DNA from: a gamma proteobacterium SCGC AAA168-P09
GTDB taxonomy: Bacteria > Pseudomonadota > Gammaproteobacteria > Magnimaribacterales > D2472
Assembly: GCA_000385055.1 (NCBI GenBank)
Contig: ARRL01000004.1
Location: forward strand, 30,004 to 94,003
Length of the DNA: 64,000 nt
Direction of reading: 5' to 3'
The notes beneath the pieces were generated by a model that made no database searches, had not been told where the DNA came from, and was given only the letters and a program-made list of their open reading frames with translations. How positions within the stretch are numbered: the first letter of the stretch is position 1; each line of letters begins with the position of its first letter. This document shows, piece after piece, positions 35,229 to 44,427 of this stretch. A program made the translations under genes and the position numbers.

Positions 35229-35830
35229 GTACTGACAGAAGCTTAGAAGATAAATTGCCAGAGGAATATAATGAAATTTCTCAAACACTTCAAAGCGCAG
35301 ATTTAATTCTCAACAATGCGGTTAAAAATGCACAAACTCTTTTTCACACTCTTACTGTATCCTCAATTGATAACAATCAAGTCGTAACTAGAGTGATGGT
35401 TCTCAGAGAGTTCAACCTAAAAGAAAGATATTTAAGATTTCATACTGATTACAGAGCTCCAAAGATAAAACATTATGTAAATAATAGCTCAGCAAGTGTC
35501 TTAGGTTATGACCCAAAACTGAAAATTCAAATCAAGCTTCAAGGAAGGATGTCAGTTCATTATCAAGATAATTTAACCCAAGCTGCATGGGAGGGATCTA
35601 CAACAAGATCAAAAAAGTGTTATTCAGTAAAAGGTGGCTCAACACTTAAAATATCAAATCCTAAAGAATATGACTTAAAAGATGGAAATATTGAGGATGG
35701 TTATATAAATTTTGCAGTTCTTATTTTCTCATTTACATCATTGGAGTTTTTGCATTTAAAAAGCTCAGGGCATAGAAGAGTCATCCACACTTGGGATGAC
35801 GATCTTATTTCATCTTGGCTTGTTCCTTAA
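35225..35830 (+). CDS. Pyridoxamine 5'-phosphate oxidase-related FMN-binding split-barrel protein
   Basis: The C-terminus 'HRRVIHTWDDD...SWLVP' resembles the PNPOx-family C-terminus. ATG 35225 overlaps the cysS stop (ATGA). The ORF track starts at TTG 35210. Confidence 0.55.
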   Translation: MSTDRSLEDKLPEEYNEISQTLQSADLILNNAVKNAQTLFHTLTVSSIDNNQVVTRVMVLREFNLKERYLRFHTDYRAPKIKHYVNNSSASVLGYDPKLKIQIKLQGRMSVHYQDNLTQAAWEGSTTRSKKCYSVKGGSTLKISNPKEYDLKDGNIEDGYINFAVLIFSFTSLEFLHLKSSGHRRVIHTWDDDLISSWLVP

Positions 35831-35908
35831 ATATTGATTAATATATTTTAAATATAGTATATTCGTATAGGTAATTATTTAATCAGTCTTCTTAACAAAG
35901 GAAAAAAA

Positions 35909-36595
35909 ATGAAAAAATATCTATTTTGCAGCCTATTTATTTTATCTTCTTCAATCATCCTTGCCGATGGTCATATGGACGCAAGGAAAAATGCTGACAT
36001 GAAGAAGTACGAAAATAATTTTGCTTATTTATCAACATATACAATCCCTGCTGGTTCAAATCCTGCAACTTTATCCAAAAGCCTTTTAAAAAATGTTGAG
36101 CAGTTAAAAAAAGATGGATACAACAACTGCGGCCTATTGCGTCATGCTTTTGGTGGAGATAGAGCTTTTTATAGTTATTGTTATTTTGATACATGGGAGC
36201 AATTTGCCAAGATTAATGACAATGCTGCGGGCTCGGATGTAAGGCAACTTTATGGCGATCATGACGATAGGTTAGTATCAGTTGATAAAAAAAATCTTGG
36301 TCCTTCTAAATATTTAGTCATGGCAACTTATTCTTTTGGACCTTATTTAACAATAGGGGAGAGAGCAGAAAGAGCGCAAATAATTTTTGATATATATGAT
36401 GAGGGTTTTGGTGGATGTAATATGATGTCACATGTATGGGGACCAGGATTAGAATGGCAAATTGTTTGTGGTTTTGATAGCTATGCTGAATTTGCTCAAA
36501 TAAACAAAAAGCTCCAGCCTTTAACTGCAGTTCTTGTGAATCAAAAATTAGATATATTAAGCCACTCTGATGATATTATGATTCGAGTTAACTAA
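35909..36595 (+). CDS. Secreted hypothetical protein built from two tandem homologous ~95-aa domains
   Basis: Signal peptide 'MKKYLFCSLFILSSSIILA'. Internal repeat aa 39-125 versus 134-227 (see findings). Terminator directly downstream. Confidence 0.6.
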   Translation: MKKYLFCSLFILSSSIILADGHMDARKNADMKKYENNFAYLSTYTIPAGSNPATLSKSLLKNVEQLKKDGYNNCGLLRHAFGGDRAFYSYCYFDTWEQFAKINDNAAGSDVRQLYGDHDDRLVSVDKKNLGPSKYLVMATYSFGPYLTIGERAERAQIIFDIYDEGFGGCNMMSHVWGPGLEWQIVCGFDSYAEFAQINKKLQPLTAVLVNQKLDILSHSDDIMIRVN

Positions 36596-36614
36596 TTCTA
36601 AACTAAGTACATTT

Positions 36615-36642
36615 GAGCTGGTTTTCGCCAGCTCTTTTTTTT
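36615..36642 (+). terminator. Rho-independent terminator
   Basis: Stem GAGCTGG / CCAGCTC with loop TTTTCG, followed by T8. Confidence 0.8.
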
Positions 36643-36643
36643 A

Positions 36644-36718
36644 TGGCGCCCTCTGCAGGAATCGAACCTGCAACTAATCCTTAGGAGGGATCTGTTATAT
36701 CCATTTAACTAAGAAGGC
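36644..36718 (-). tRNA. tRNA-Arg (anticodon CCT)
   Basis: The reverse complement folds as a cloverleaf. The acceptor stem GCCTTCT/AGAGGGC includes one G-U pair. The anticodon stem GATCC/GGATT carries the loop CTCCTAA (anticodon CCT), the T arm is GCAGG-TTCGATT-CCTGC, and the 3' CCA is encoded. Confidence 0.9.
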
Positions 36719-36812
36719 AATAAACACAATTAAAACTCTTAATAGGAATATATTAAATTAAAGAACATTTAATGAGTAGTTCTACTAATACTAACGGATA
36801 TTTCCCTATATA

Positions 36813-38744
36813 ATGACTTTTATGAATATTACATTGCCGGATGGAAGTGTTAAAGAATTGCCTAAAGGTTCGACTGGTTTAGATATTGCAAAAACCATTG
36901 GCCCTGGATTGGTAAAAGCAGCGGTCGCTATCACAGCAAATGGTATTCAAAAAGACTTAAGTGATCCTATTGAAGAAGATTCAGAAGTTTCTATTATCAC
37001 GATAGAATCCGAAGAAGGTCTTGAGATAATGAGGCATACTCTTACTGCACAAGTCCTTGCTAGAGCAGTTAAAAATTTATACCCAAAAGCAAAACTAGCA
37101 ATTGGACCTACTATTAAAGATGGTTTTTACTATGATTTTGAATTTGAAAAGCCTATTTCACCTGAAGATCTAGTTAAGATAGAAGATGAAATGCAAAAAA
37201 TTATTGCGTCAAGCTCAAGCATAACCAAAAAATTACATTCAAAAGCAGAAACTTTAAATGCATTTACTGAAGAACCTTATAAACAATCTATAGTAGAAAG
37301 TTCTGATCAAAAAGATAATTTTCAGATTTATTACCAGGATGACAGAAATTTTTTTGATTTATGTAAAGGTCCGCATTTACCAAGCCTAAAACATATTGGT
37401 TCTTTTAAGCTCACCAAATTAGCTGGGGCTTATTGGAAAGGGAATTCAAAAAATAAAATGTTAACAAGAATCTATGGAACTGCATGGAAGAATGATAAAG
37501 ATCTAAAAGCTTATATGTTGTCTCTTGAAGAAGCAGAGAAAAGAGATCATAGGAAAATTGGTAAAGAGCTCAATTTATTTCATTTTCAAGAGGAGGCTCC
37601 TGGTATGGTTTTTTGGCATCCAGACGGGTGGATCATTTATAGACTCCTTCAAGATTTTGTTAGAAAAAAATTAGATGCTTGTGGTTACAAAGAAATTAAT
37701 ACACCGCAGGTTGTAGATAGAAAATTATGGGAAGCATCAGGTCATTGGGATAAATACAGAGAGAATATGTTTATAACAGAAATTGATGAAGAACACGCTA
37801 ATGAAAAAAGAACCAATGCTTTAAAACCAATGAATTGCCCTTGCCATGTTCAGGTTTACAACCAAGGACTTAAATCTTACAGAGATTTACCACTAAGATA
37901 TGCTGAATTTGGCTCCTGCCACAGGTATGAGGCCTCTGGAACCATGCATGGACTTATGCGTGTAAGAGGATTTACTCAAGATGATGGTCATATTTTTTGT
38001 ACAGAAGATCAGATTGAATCTGAGACAAAATCATTCATAGAATTATTATCAGAAATCTATTCTGATTTAGGGTTTGGTTCATTTGATATTAAGTTATCAA
38101 CTAGACCTGAAGTAAGAGTGGGATCTGACCAGGTATGGGATAAGGCTGAACAGGCCTTAGAAAATGCTATAAAAAAATTAGGACTTCCTTATGAGCTTGA
38201 TGAAGGAGACGGTGCTTTTTATGGACCCAAGTTAGATTTTGTTTTAACTGATGCTATTGGAAGAGAGTGGCAATGTGGAACTTTCCAAGCAGATTTTAAT
38301 CTTCCCGGAAGGCTTGATGCAGAATATATTGGCGAAGATGGGTCTAAACATCAACCCGTCATGATACATAGAGCTGTTCTTGGTTCTTTTGAAAGATTTA
38401 TTGGTGTGCTTATAGAAAATTATGCAGGCAAACTTCCGCTGTGGCTTGCACCAACTCAGTTAACAATTTGTTCGATTACATCTGATGTAAATGAGTATGC
38501 TCAAAAAATTCATAATCGATTAAAAGAGTTAAATATTCGCTCTAAGTTGGATCTTAGGAATGAAAAAATTAGTTACAAAATCAGAGAACATAGTAATGCA
38601 AAAGTCCCGAATATTATTGTCTTAGGAAAAAATGAAGCAGCCTCTGAAATGATAACAGTAAGAAGGCTTGGCAGTTCTGAAAATTTTTCTTATTCACTTG
38701 AAGAATTCATTGATCAAATTATTAAAGAGGCATCACCAAAATAG
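36813..38744 (+). CDS. thrS: Threonine--tRNA ligase
   Basis: TGS domain 'ITLPDGSVKEL', class II motifs 'RVRGFTQDDGHIF' and 'GAFYGPKLDF', and 'HRAVLGSFERFIG'. The start may be ATG 36822. Confidence 0.97.
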   Translation: MTFMNITLPDGSVKELPKGSTGLDIAKTIGPGLVKAAVAITANGIQKDLSDPIEEDSEVSIITIESEEGLEIMRHTLTAQVLARAVKNLYPKAKLAIGPTIKDGFYYDFEFEKPISPEDLVKIEDEMQKIIASSSSITKKLHSKAETLNAFTEEPYKQSIVESSDQKDNFQIYYQDDRNFFDLCKGPHLPSLKHIGSFKLTKLAGAYWKGNSKNKMLTRIYGTAWKNDKDLKAYMLSLEEAEKRDHRKIGKELNLFHFQEEAPGMVFWHPDGWIIYRLLQDFVRKKLDACGYKEINTPQVVDRKLWEASGHWDKYRENMFITEIDEEHANEKRTNALKPMNCPCHVQVYNQGLKSYRDLPLRYAEFGSCHRYEASGTMHGLMRVRGFTQDDGHIFCTEDQIESETKSFIELLSEIYSDLGFGSFDIKLSTRPEVRVGSDQVWDKAEQALENAIKKLGLPYELDEGDGAFYGPKLDFVLTDAIGREWQCGTFQADFNLPGRLDAEYIGEDGSKHQPVMIHRAVLGSFERFIGVLIENYAGKLPLWLAPTQLTICSITSDVNEYAQKIHNRLKELNIRSKLDLRNEKISYKIREHSNAKVPNIIVLGKNEAASEMITVRRLGSSENFSYSLEEFIDQIIKEASPK

Positions 38745-38957
38745 ATGAATTCTTTATTTGTATATCTAATCAAGTTATACCAAAAATTTATCTCTCCACT
38801 TATAGGGAGTTCATGTAGGTTTAATCCAACTTGTTCAAACTATGCAACTGAAGCTTTTAAGACTCATAATTTTTTTTATGCTTTTTATCTTAGTACAAAA
38901 AGAATTTTAAAATGTCATCCTTATGGTTCTCATGGAGATGATTTTGTACCTAAATAA
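38745..38957 (+). CDS. yidD: Membrane protein insertion efficiency factor YidD
   Basis: 70 aa. 'LIKLYQKFISPLIG.SCRFNPTCSNYA.EA' and 'KRILKCHP' match the YidD family signature. Confidence 0.85.
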   Translation: MNSLFVYLIKLYQKFISPLIGSSCRFNPTCSNYATEAFKTHNFFYAFYLSTKRILKCHPYGSHGDDFVPK

Positions 38958-39038
38958 ATAGACAAAAATATTTGTAATTATTGATTTTTTCCCTTAACCT
39001 ACGAATATATAAATTAAAACCTAAGGGGGGTTTTCGTT

Positions 39039-42000
39039 ATGTCATTACGTATAACTAAGTATTTCTTATTATTACCATTAACAATTTCTTTATTTGGCAT
39101 CAATTTGGTTGCTCAAGAGATAGAGGAAGTAATTGTTACTTCAACTAAAAAAGCAACATCTGTTCAAGATCTAGCTCTTTCAGTCCAGGCTTTAACTTCC
39201 ACTGATATGGTAGAAGCACAAATTACTGAAACTGAAGATATGGCTGAGTTAATACCGGGCTTTATTCAATCTCCAGGTATTGGTTCAGGTACCAATGTTG
39301 GTATAAGGGGTTTAATTGGAACAGCAGTTGGAGCAAATACAACAGCTTCAGTTCAATCTCATATAAACGGACTACAAGTAAATAGTTCAGTATTCACAAC
39401 CATAGGATTCTTTGATTCATCGCAAATAGAAATTTTATCTGGACCTCAGGGAACTCTTTTTGGAAGAAATGCAACAGGCGGTATTATTAACGTTACTACA
39501 ACTGCTCCAGAGCATAACTTTGAAGGTTCAATGAAGTTTGATATAGGACAAGGCGGTCAAACTAGAATGACCTATGCTCAAAACTTTGACCTAACAGATA
39601 AATTAGCAGCTCGTTTAGCTGTTCAATCTTATGAAAAAGATGGTCAAATTTATAACATTCACACTGGAAACAATATCGATGATAGAAGTACAGAGGATTA
39701 CAGAATCTCACTTAATTACGCTATAAATGATACAACTGAAATAGATTTCATTCATCAAGTACATAGTGCTGATGATAATAGATCTCATTTTACTGCAAAC
39801 CGTTGTGAAAGAGATCCGTTTTACGGGTGTCTTCCTTGGGAAGAAGGTCAGCTAAATGCACCAGGTTTTACATCTGGCTCTGTAGATGGTTTATTTGGAA
39901 TTCTTGCACAAACTAATAATAATAATGATGACTTTGCAAACTCTATCTATCCATCATCAATTGATGAAGTTAATAGAGACTTTGACCCTCACACAAAGCA
40001 AACATTTGATTTAACACAAATAATTCTAACTAAGCAGTTTGATAATTTTGAATTAAAAGTTAAAGCTTCAACATCTGATAGAGATTATTTAAGAACAGGT
40101 GATGTTGATGGTTCTGTTGCTTCAGAAGGTGCTACTTCAGGAGTCATTAACGCCATTATGAATGGTGGAGTTGAAGCGGCTACAATTCCTGCTTTAATGG
40201 GCGCGGGTTTAACTCAAGAAGCAGCTCAAGCAGCTTATGATGCTGCGTTTGCAGCAGGCGGAACTGCTACAATCCCGGTCTTTGATAATGATAATAATCA
40301 ATTTGATATCCCTCTTGCTCTGCCATGTATTGATGGCGTAGGAGAGTGGAGTGGCTCATTCGAATGTTCTGATGTTGTAGAAACTACTGACCAAGTAGAA
40401 ATTAACTTGGTTTCAGATTTTGATGGCCCACTTAATTTTGTTGCTGGTCTTTTTGCCTGGGAATCAAATAACCATAATACTTTCTACACACATACTCAAG
40501 CTTATAACGTTTTGAGAAGTTTTGATTTGCATCCAATGTCAAACTACTTTGCTGTTGGCAATGGTTCTTTACCGGAACTTCAAGGACAAGGTTATGGTGG
40601 CCTAGCATTCTATAATGAATTTGTTGGTTGGGCTGGTAGCGCGTTTACCGAAACATTTGATATTGCAAACCCAGGATATGTCGCTGAAAATGTAGGTACG
40701 GCAGCTTGTACAGCTGTAGCAACAGCTGCAACCTGTGTAGAGTTTGCTGCAACAGACTTAGATTTTGTAACATATTTACTTACTGTTGAGAGCCTGGCGC
40801 CTAATACATTTAAAAGAACTCTACCTATGCAATTAGGTGGATTAATTCAGGATAATCCTGTAATTCAAGAAAGTGTTGCTATTTACGGTAACCTTTTTTA
40901 TGACATTTCAGATGATACGAGATTAACCATTGGTTACAGAGCTAATGATGATAAGTACGATGACTATTCTATAAATGCTCTAGGAGATGGCACTAACCCT
41001 GATTATGTATACAGTCCTGTTTACAGCTTATATGAATTTGGTGGAACAGTTGAAGCGTCAGACGCTGCTTTTAGAACAAAAGGTTCTGATACAGCAGAAA
41101 CATTTAAGCTTGCTATTCAACACAATTTAAATGATGACATGATGGTATATGCCTCAGTGTCTACAGGTAATAAGCCTGGTGGCTCAACCCCAGATCAGTA
41201 TGGTAATCCATCAGTATTTGCTCCAGAAACCGTTGATTCATTTGAATTTGGTCTTAGATCAATCTTAATGGATGGCAGATTGCTAATGAATTTAACTGCT
41301 TTTTCAATGGAATTCCAAGATGCTCATACGTCACAGGTCGTAGGCTCAGCTGCTATAACAAACAGCTTGGACTACACACATAATGGATTAGAAGGTCAAA
41401 TGAAGTTTTTTGTAACTGAAGCCACTTCAATCGACTTTAACTTCCTAGCTCTTGATTCAACAATTGATGAAGGTGAGTCACTATTTAATCCGCTTAATCC
41501 AAATGGCGCTACTGAAATACTTGATGTATATCGTATAGGTTCTGGTGATTATGATGAGGACACTGGTCTTGTTATTGAAGGATCTGATACTGCAAGATGG
41601 ATTGCAGCTTTACAAGCTCAATATGCAGCTACAGGCGGAATGAGTCAAGATTTACTTGTACCACAGCCTACAACTGGTGCACTATCTAGTTGTGCAGTTG
41701 CTGCAGCGGTTGGAATGGATTCATTAGGTTTATGTGCTGCTGGTTTTATTGGAGGTACTCCTTCTTCTTATGCTGCATTACTTACTGGTAGTGAAGATGC
41801 TGCGGGCTTATTACCATTCTTAATGTTTGCTTTAACAGATACTGGAATAATTGCTAACTATCAAGGTAGAAACCTATCTGCAGGAAGATGGGTTGCTGAT
41901 AGTGATGCGTTTGCTGGGCTTCCATTACCATGGTTAGCAGCTGATTATTTAGTCCCTTTAGGAGGAACAAGAACTCCTTTTACTTCAGAGCTTGATTACA

Positions 42001-42317
42001 ACATTGCTGTAAATCATTCAATGGCTGTTATGTCAGGTATGTTAGACCTTAAGTTAACTTACTCTCATAAAGGAGATAGTAATGGTGACTTGTTTGATTC
42101 CCCATTAACCTATACTCCAGATCAAGACTATCTTGATTTATATGGAAACTGGACTCCAAATAATGGCGATTACTATGTAGGTTTTTATGTTAAAAACTTA
42201 GAGGATAGTAGAAACCTTGCAGGATCAAGAACAACCTCAGAAATGGTTGGCGGACCTGCAAACCTATACTTCACTCAGCCTAGAACAGCTGGGTTAACCT
42301 TTGGTTTAAATTTCTAA
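39039..42317 (+). CDS. TonB-dependent outer-membrane receptor (unusually large, 1092 aa)
   Basis: Signal peptide, plug domain ('EEVIVTSTKK...DLAL.VQALT...IEILSGPQGTLFGRNATGGIINV'), a long barrel, and the terminal 'TAGLTFGLNF'. Confidence 0.9.
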   Translation: MSLRITKYFLLLPLTISLFGINLVAQEIEEVIVTSTKKATSVQDLALSVQALTSTDMVEAQITETEDMAELIPGFIQSPGIGSGTNVGIRGLIGTAVGANTTASVQSHINGLQVNSSVFTTIGFFDSSQIEILSGPQGTLFGRNATGGIINVTTTAPEHNFEGSMKFDIGQGGQTRMTYAQNFDLTDKLAARLAVQSYEKDGQIYNIHTGNNIDDRSTEDYRISLNYAINDTTEIDFIHQVHSADDNRSHFTANRCERDPFYGCLPWEEGQLNAPGFTSGSVDGLFGILAQTNNNNDDFANSIYPSSIDEVNRDFDPHTKQTFDLTQIILTKQFDNFELKVKASTSDRDYLRTGDVDGSVASEGATSGVINAIMNGGVEAATIPALMGAGLTQEAAQAAYDAAFAAGGTATIPVFDNDNNQFDIPLALPCIDGVGEWSGSFECSDVVETTDQVEINLVSDFDGPLNFVAGLFAWESNNHNTFYTHTQAYNVLRSFDLHPMSNYFAVGNGSLPELQGQGYGGLAFYNEFVGWAGSAFTETFDIANPGYVAENVGTAACTAVATAATCVEFAATDLDFVTYLLTVESLAPNTFKRTLPMQLGGLIQDNPVIQESVAIYGNLFYDISDDTRLTIGYRANDDKYDDYSINALGDGTNPDYVYSPVYSLYEFGGTVEASDAAFRTKGSDTAETFKLAIQHNLNDDMMVYASVSTGNKPGGSTPDQYGNPSVFAPETVDSFEFGLRSILMDGRLLMNLTAFSMEFQDAHTSQVVGSAAITNSLDYTHNGLEGQMKFFVTEATSIDFNFLALDSTIDEGESLFNPLNPNGATEILDVYRIGSGDYDEDTGLVIEGSDTARWIAALQAQYAATGGMSQDLLVPQPTTGALSSCAVAAAVGMDSLGLCAAGFIGGTPSSYAALLTGSEDAAGLLPFLMFALTDTGIIANYQGRNLSAGRWVADSDAFAGLPLPWLAADYLVPLGGTRTPFTSELDYNIAVNHSMAVMSGMLDLKLTYSHKGDSNGDLFDSPLTYTPDQDYLDLYGNWTPNNGDYYVGFYVKNLEDSRNLAGSRTTSEMVGGPANLYFTQPRTAGLTFGLNF

Positions 42318-42332
42318 TATAGGTATAAATTT

Positions 42333-42362
42333 AAAAAGCCCAGTTATACTGGGCTTTTTTTT
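42333..42362 (+). terminator. Rho-independent terminator after the TonB-dependent receptor
   Basis: Stem AAAAAGCCCAG / CTGGGCTTTTT with loop TTATA, followed by a T-run. Confidence 0.8.
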
Positions 42363-42376
42363 ATGTAAAAATAATT

Positions 42377-42850
42377 ATGTTTTCATTACCTTACAAATCA
42401 GATGTTATTCATGTTACTCAGGACATGTGTGATCACAATGGCCACATGAATGTCACTTATTATTACAAGCTGTTTGATAGTGTTTATACCTCTATGTATG
42501 TTGAAAAATTAGGCTTTGATGATGAATATTTACAAAGCGGGTTTTCAACCTTTACTCTTGAAGATAGTATTAGATATCTAAAAGAATTTAAACTTAATGA
42601 TCCAATTCATCCATCTTTTTATTTAATTAATGTTAATAAAAAATTATTACACTTTGTAGGAGTATTGCAAAATAAAGAAGGAGAACTGGCGGCTATATTT
42701 GAGACTGTTTTAGGCCATATTAATCTTAGTGCAAGAAAAGTAACAGAATTTGATGATAAAAGACTAAATGATCTCTTAGCTTACAAAGAATTAAATACAA
42801 TTAATGAGCAACTTCCATTTGAGTTAAGGTTAAAAATAAAAGATTTGTAG
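42377..42850 (+). CDS. Hotdog-fold acyl-CoA thioesterase (4HBT-like)
   Basis: 157 aa. 'VTQDMCDHNGHMNVTYYYKLFD' fits the 4HBT-type 'D.n.H.nN..Y' catalytic region. Confidence 0.65.
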   Translation: MFSLPYKSDVIHVTQDMCDHNGHMNVTYYYKLFDSVYTSMYVEKLGFDDEYLQSGFSTFTLEDSIRYLKEFKLNDPIHPSFYLINVNKKLLHFVGVLQNKEGELAAIFETVLGHINLSARKVTEFDDKRLNDLLAYKELNTINEQLPFELRLKIKDL

Positions 42851-43855
42851 ATGTTTGTTAATTTTAAAAAGGTTTTATTTTTTATATGCTTTTTTATCTC
42901 ATCGATATATGCAGAGACTTTAAGTGTTATGACTTTAAATGTTGAAAATCTTTTTGACACATTCGATGATTTAAAAAAAGATGATAAAGCATTTTTACCC
43001 ATAGAGAAAAAGTTAACTGATCAACATATTAATCAATGTAAACGAATTAGGGTTATTGATTGGAAAAATGAATGCCTCTATCTTGACTGGAATCAAGAAG
43101 CAAAAAATGCAAAATTAGCAAACGTAGCTAAAATTATTCTTTCATATAAAAAACATGGTGCAGATGTCATTGCACTTCAAGAGGTAGAGAATATTAATAT
43201 TCTCAATGAGTTATTTATCCTTTTAAAACCATATGGTTATATTGGTATATCATTACTAGAAAATACTGATAGAAGGGGTATTGATGCAGCATTCATTTCA
43301 AAATATGAAATTAGAAACCCCAAACTACATAAGTATAAAACTTCATTTAAAGATAAAACAATTAGAGCAAGACCTATATTTGAAATAGATTTAATTTTTA
43401 ATAACAAAATTATAAAATTTTATAACTTGCACTTGCCATCTAATTTTTATCCAATTGAGGTGAGGATTAATTCACTTAATGTCCTAAATGAGCTTGCTAG
43501 TAAACACAGTCATCCATCTATTGCTTTGGGTGATTTTAATATCTCATCAAAAGATGATCATAAATTTGAGGTATACAAAAGCCAAGAAAAGAATTGGTAT
43601 GTTGCTCACAGAGAAGGTTGCAAGACATGCAAAGGAACATATTATTACAGCAAGGATAAAACATGGAGTTATTTAGATAGTATTTTGGTTTTTAAAGACA
43701 GAAACATTGAATTTAATAAAGCTAGCATCAGCGTATTAAGAACGCCTTTAAATGCAGATATTTTATCAGGAAAACCTATGAGCTTTGATCCAATAGAAAA
43801 AAAGGGGGTCTCAGATCATCTACCGATGGTTGCTGAGCTTGTTATTAGTTATTAA
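42851..43855 (+). CDS. Secreted endonuclease/exonuclease/phosphatase (EEP) family protein
   Basis: Signal peptide. EEP motifs 'MTLNVENLFD', 'IALQEVEN', 'LGDFN' and 'SDHLPMVAEL'. The start directly abuts the thioesterase stop. Confidence 0.8.
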   Translation: MFVNFKKVLFFICFFISSIYAETLSVMTLNVENLFDTFDDLKKDDKAFLPIEKKLTDQHINQCKRIRVIDWKNECLYLDWNQEAKNAKLANVAKIILSYKKHGADVIALQEVENINILNELFILLKPYGYIGISLLENTDRRGIDAAFISKYEIRNPKLHKYKTSFKDKTIRARPIFEIDLIFNNKIIKFYNLHLPSNFYPIEVRINSLNVLNELASKHSHPSIALGDFNISSKDDHKFEVYKSQEKNWYVAHREGCKTCKGTYYYSKDKTWSYLDSILVFKDRNIEFNKASISVLRTPLNADILSGKPMSFDPIEKKGVSDHLPMVAELVISY

Positions 43856-43928
43856 TTTTACTATTAAAGAATTAACAATTATTAATATTTTTTTTCAATC
43901 TTTCAATTTTAAGTTATAAAAGAATAGC

Positions 43929-44327
43929 TCAAGCTCTCCAACCACCCCTATCAAATATTCTTAAATAGGTGAGCTGATCATGTTCTGAGAGATTTATAAC
44001 TTTACAATAATCTCCAGATTGAACGAGAACAACATCTCCAGCAGTCAAATCATAAGAGTCTTTATGCTCAACTCCATAAGATGGATCTGAGCCATGACCT
44101 TCATCAGAGTTCATATATTCTACGACCTCCATCGAGCCTCTGCCATTAGTTATTACATAAACAACATCTGAATCAATTAATTTGTGACCTTGTGTAGATT
44201 TACCTGGTTGTATAACAGTCTTACTAGCTATAACTCTTTCTAATAGATCATTAGTCCAGACCGCATAGTCTTCATTAACATTGTGTGGGGAGCCGCCAAC
44301 TCTAAAATTATTATATTTTTTTGCCAT
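43929..44327 (-). CDS. Small cupin-fold hypothetical protein
   Basis: 132 aa. Cupin-like motif regions 'GKSTQGHKLIDSDVVYVITNGRG' and 'GDVVLVQSGDYCKVIN', but the canonical metal ligands are incomplete. Confidence 0.5.
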   Translation of the reverse strand: MAKKYNNFRVGGSPHNVNEDYAVWTNDLLERVIASKTVIQPGKSTQGHKLIDSDVVYVITNGRGSMEVVEYMNSDEGHGSDPSYGVEHKDSYDLTAGDVVLVQSGDYCKVINLSEHDQLTYLRIFDRGGWRA

Positions 44328-44427
44328 AGTTTTTTGTTTTTCTATAATTATAGTTATTTAAATAAAACATGCTAGTAAATAGTGTCACGGTCTGTTGTTA
44401 TTGATGGATATAAAATATAATGATAAC

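Noticed and set aside
35225-36718. tRNA-Arg 3' end adjacent to two poorly characterised genes, which could indicate a tRNA-targeted genomic islet.
   Set aside because: There is no integrase, and I could find no direct repeat of the tRNA 3' segment in the neighbouring intergenic regions. Composition looks the same as the surrounding DNA, and the flanks are core genes (cysS, thrS).
38958-39038. Possible Fur box (AATATTTGTAATTATTGAT) upstream of the TonB-dependent receptor.
   Set aside because: By my alignment it matches only about 11 of 19 positions of the GATAATGATAATCATTATC consensus. In DNA this AT-rich, such a match is expected by chance.
43929-44327. The small cupin as a DddK-like DMSP lyase, as in other streamlined marine bacteria.
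   Set aside because: The H-x-H...E...Y/H metal-binding motif required in DddK/DddL/DddQ/DddW-type cupin lyases is not present.
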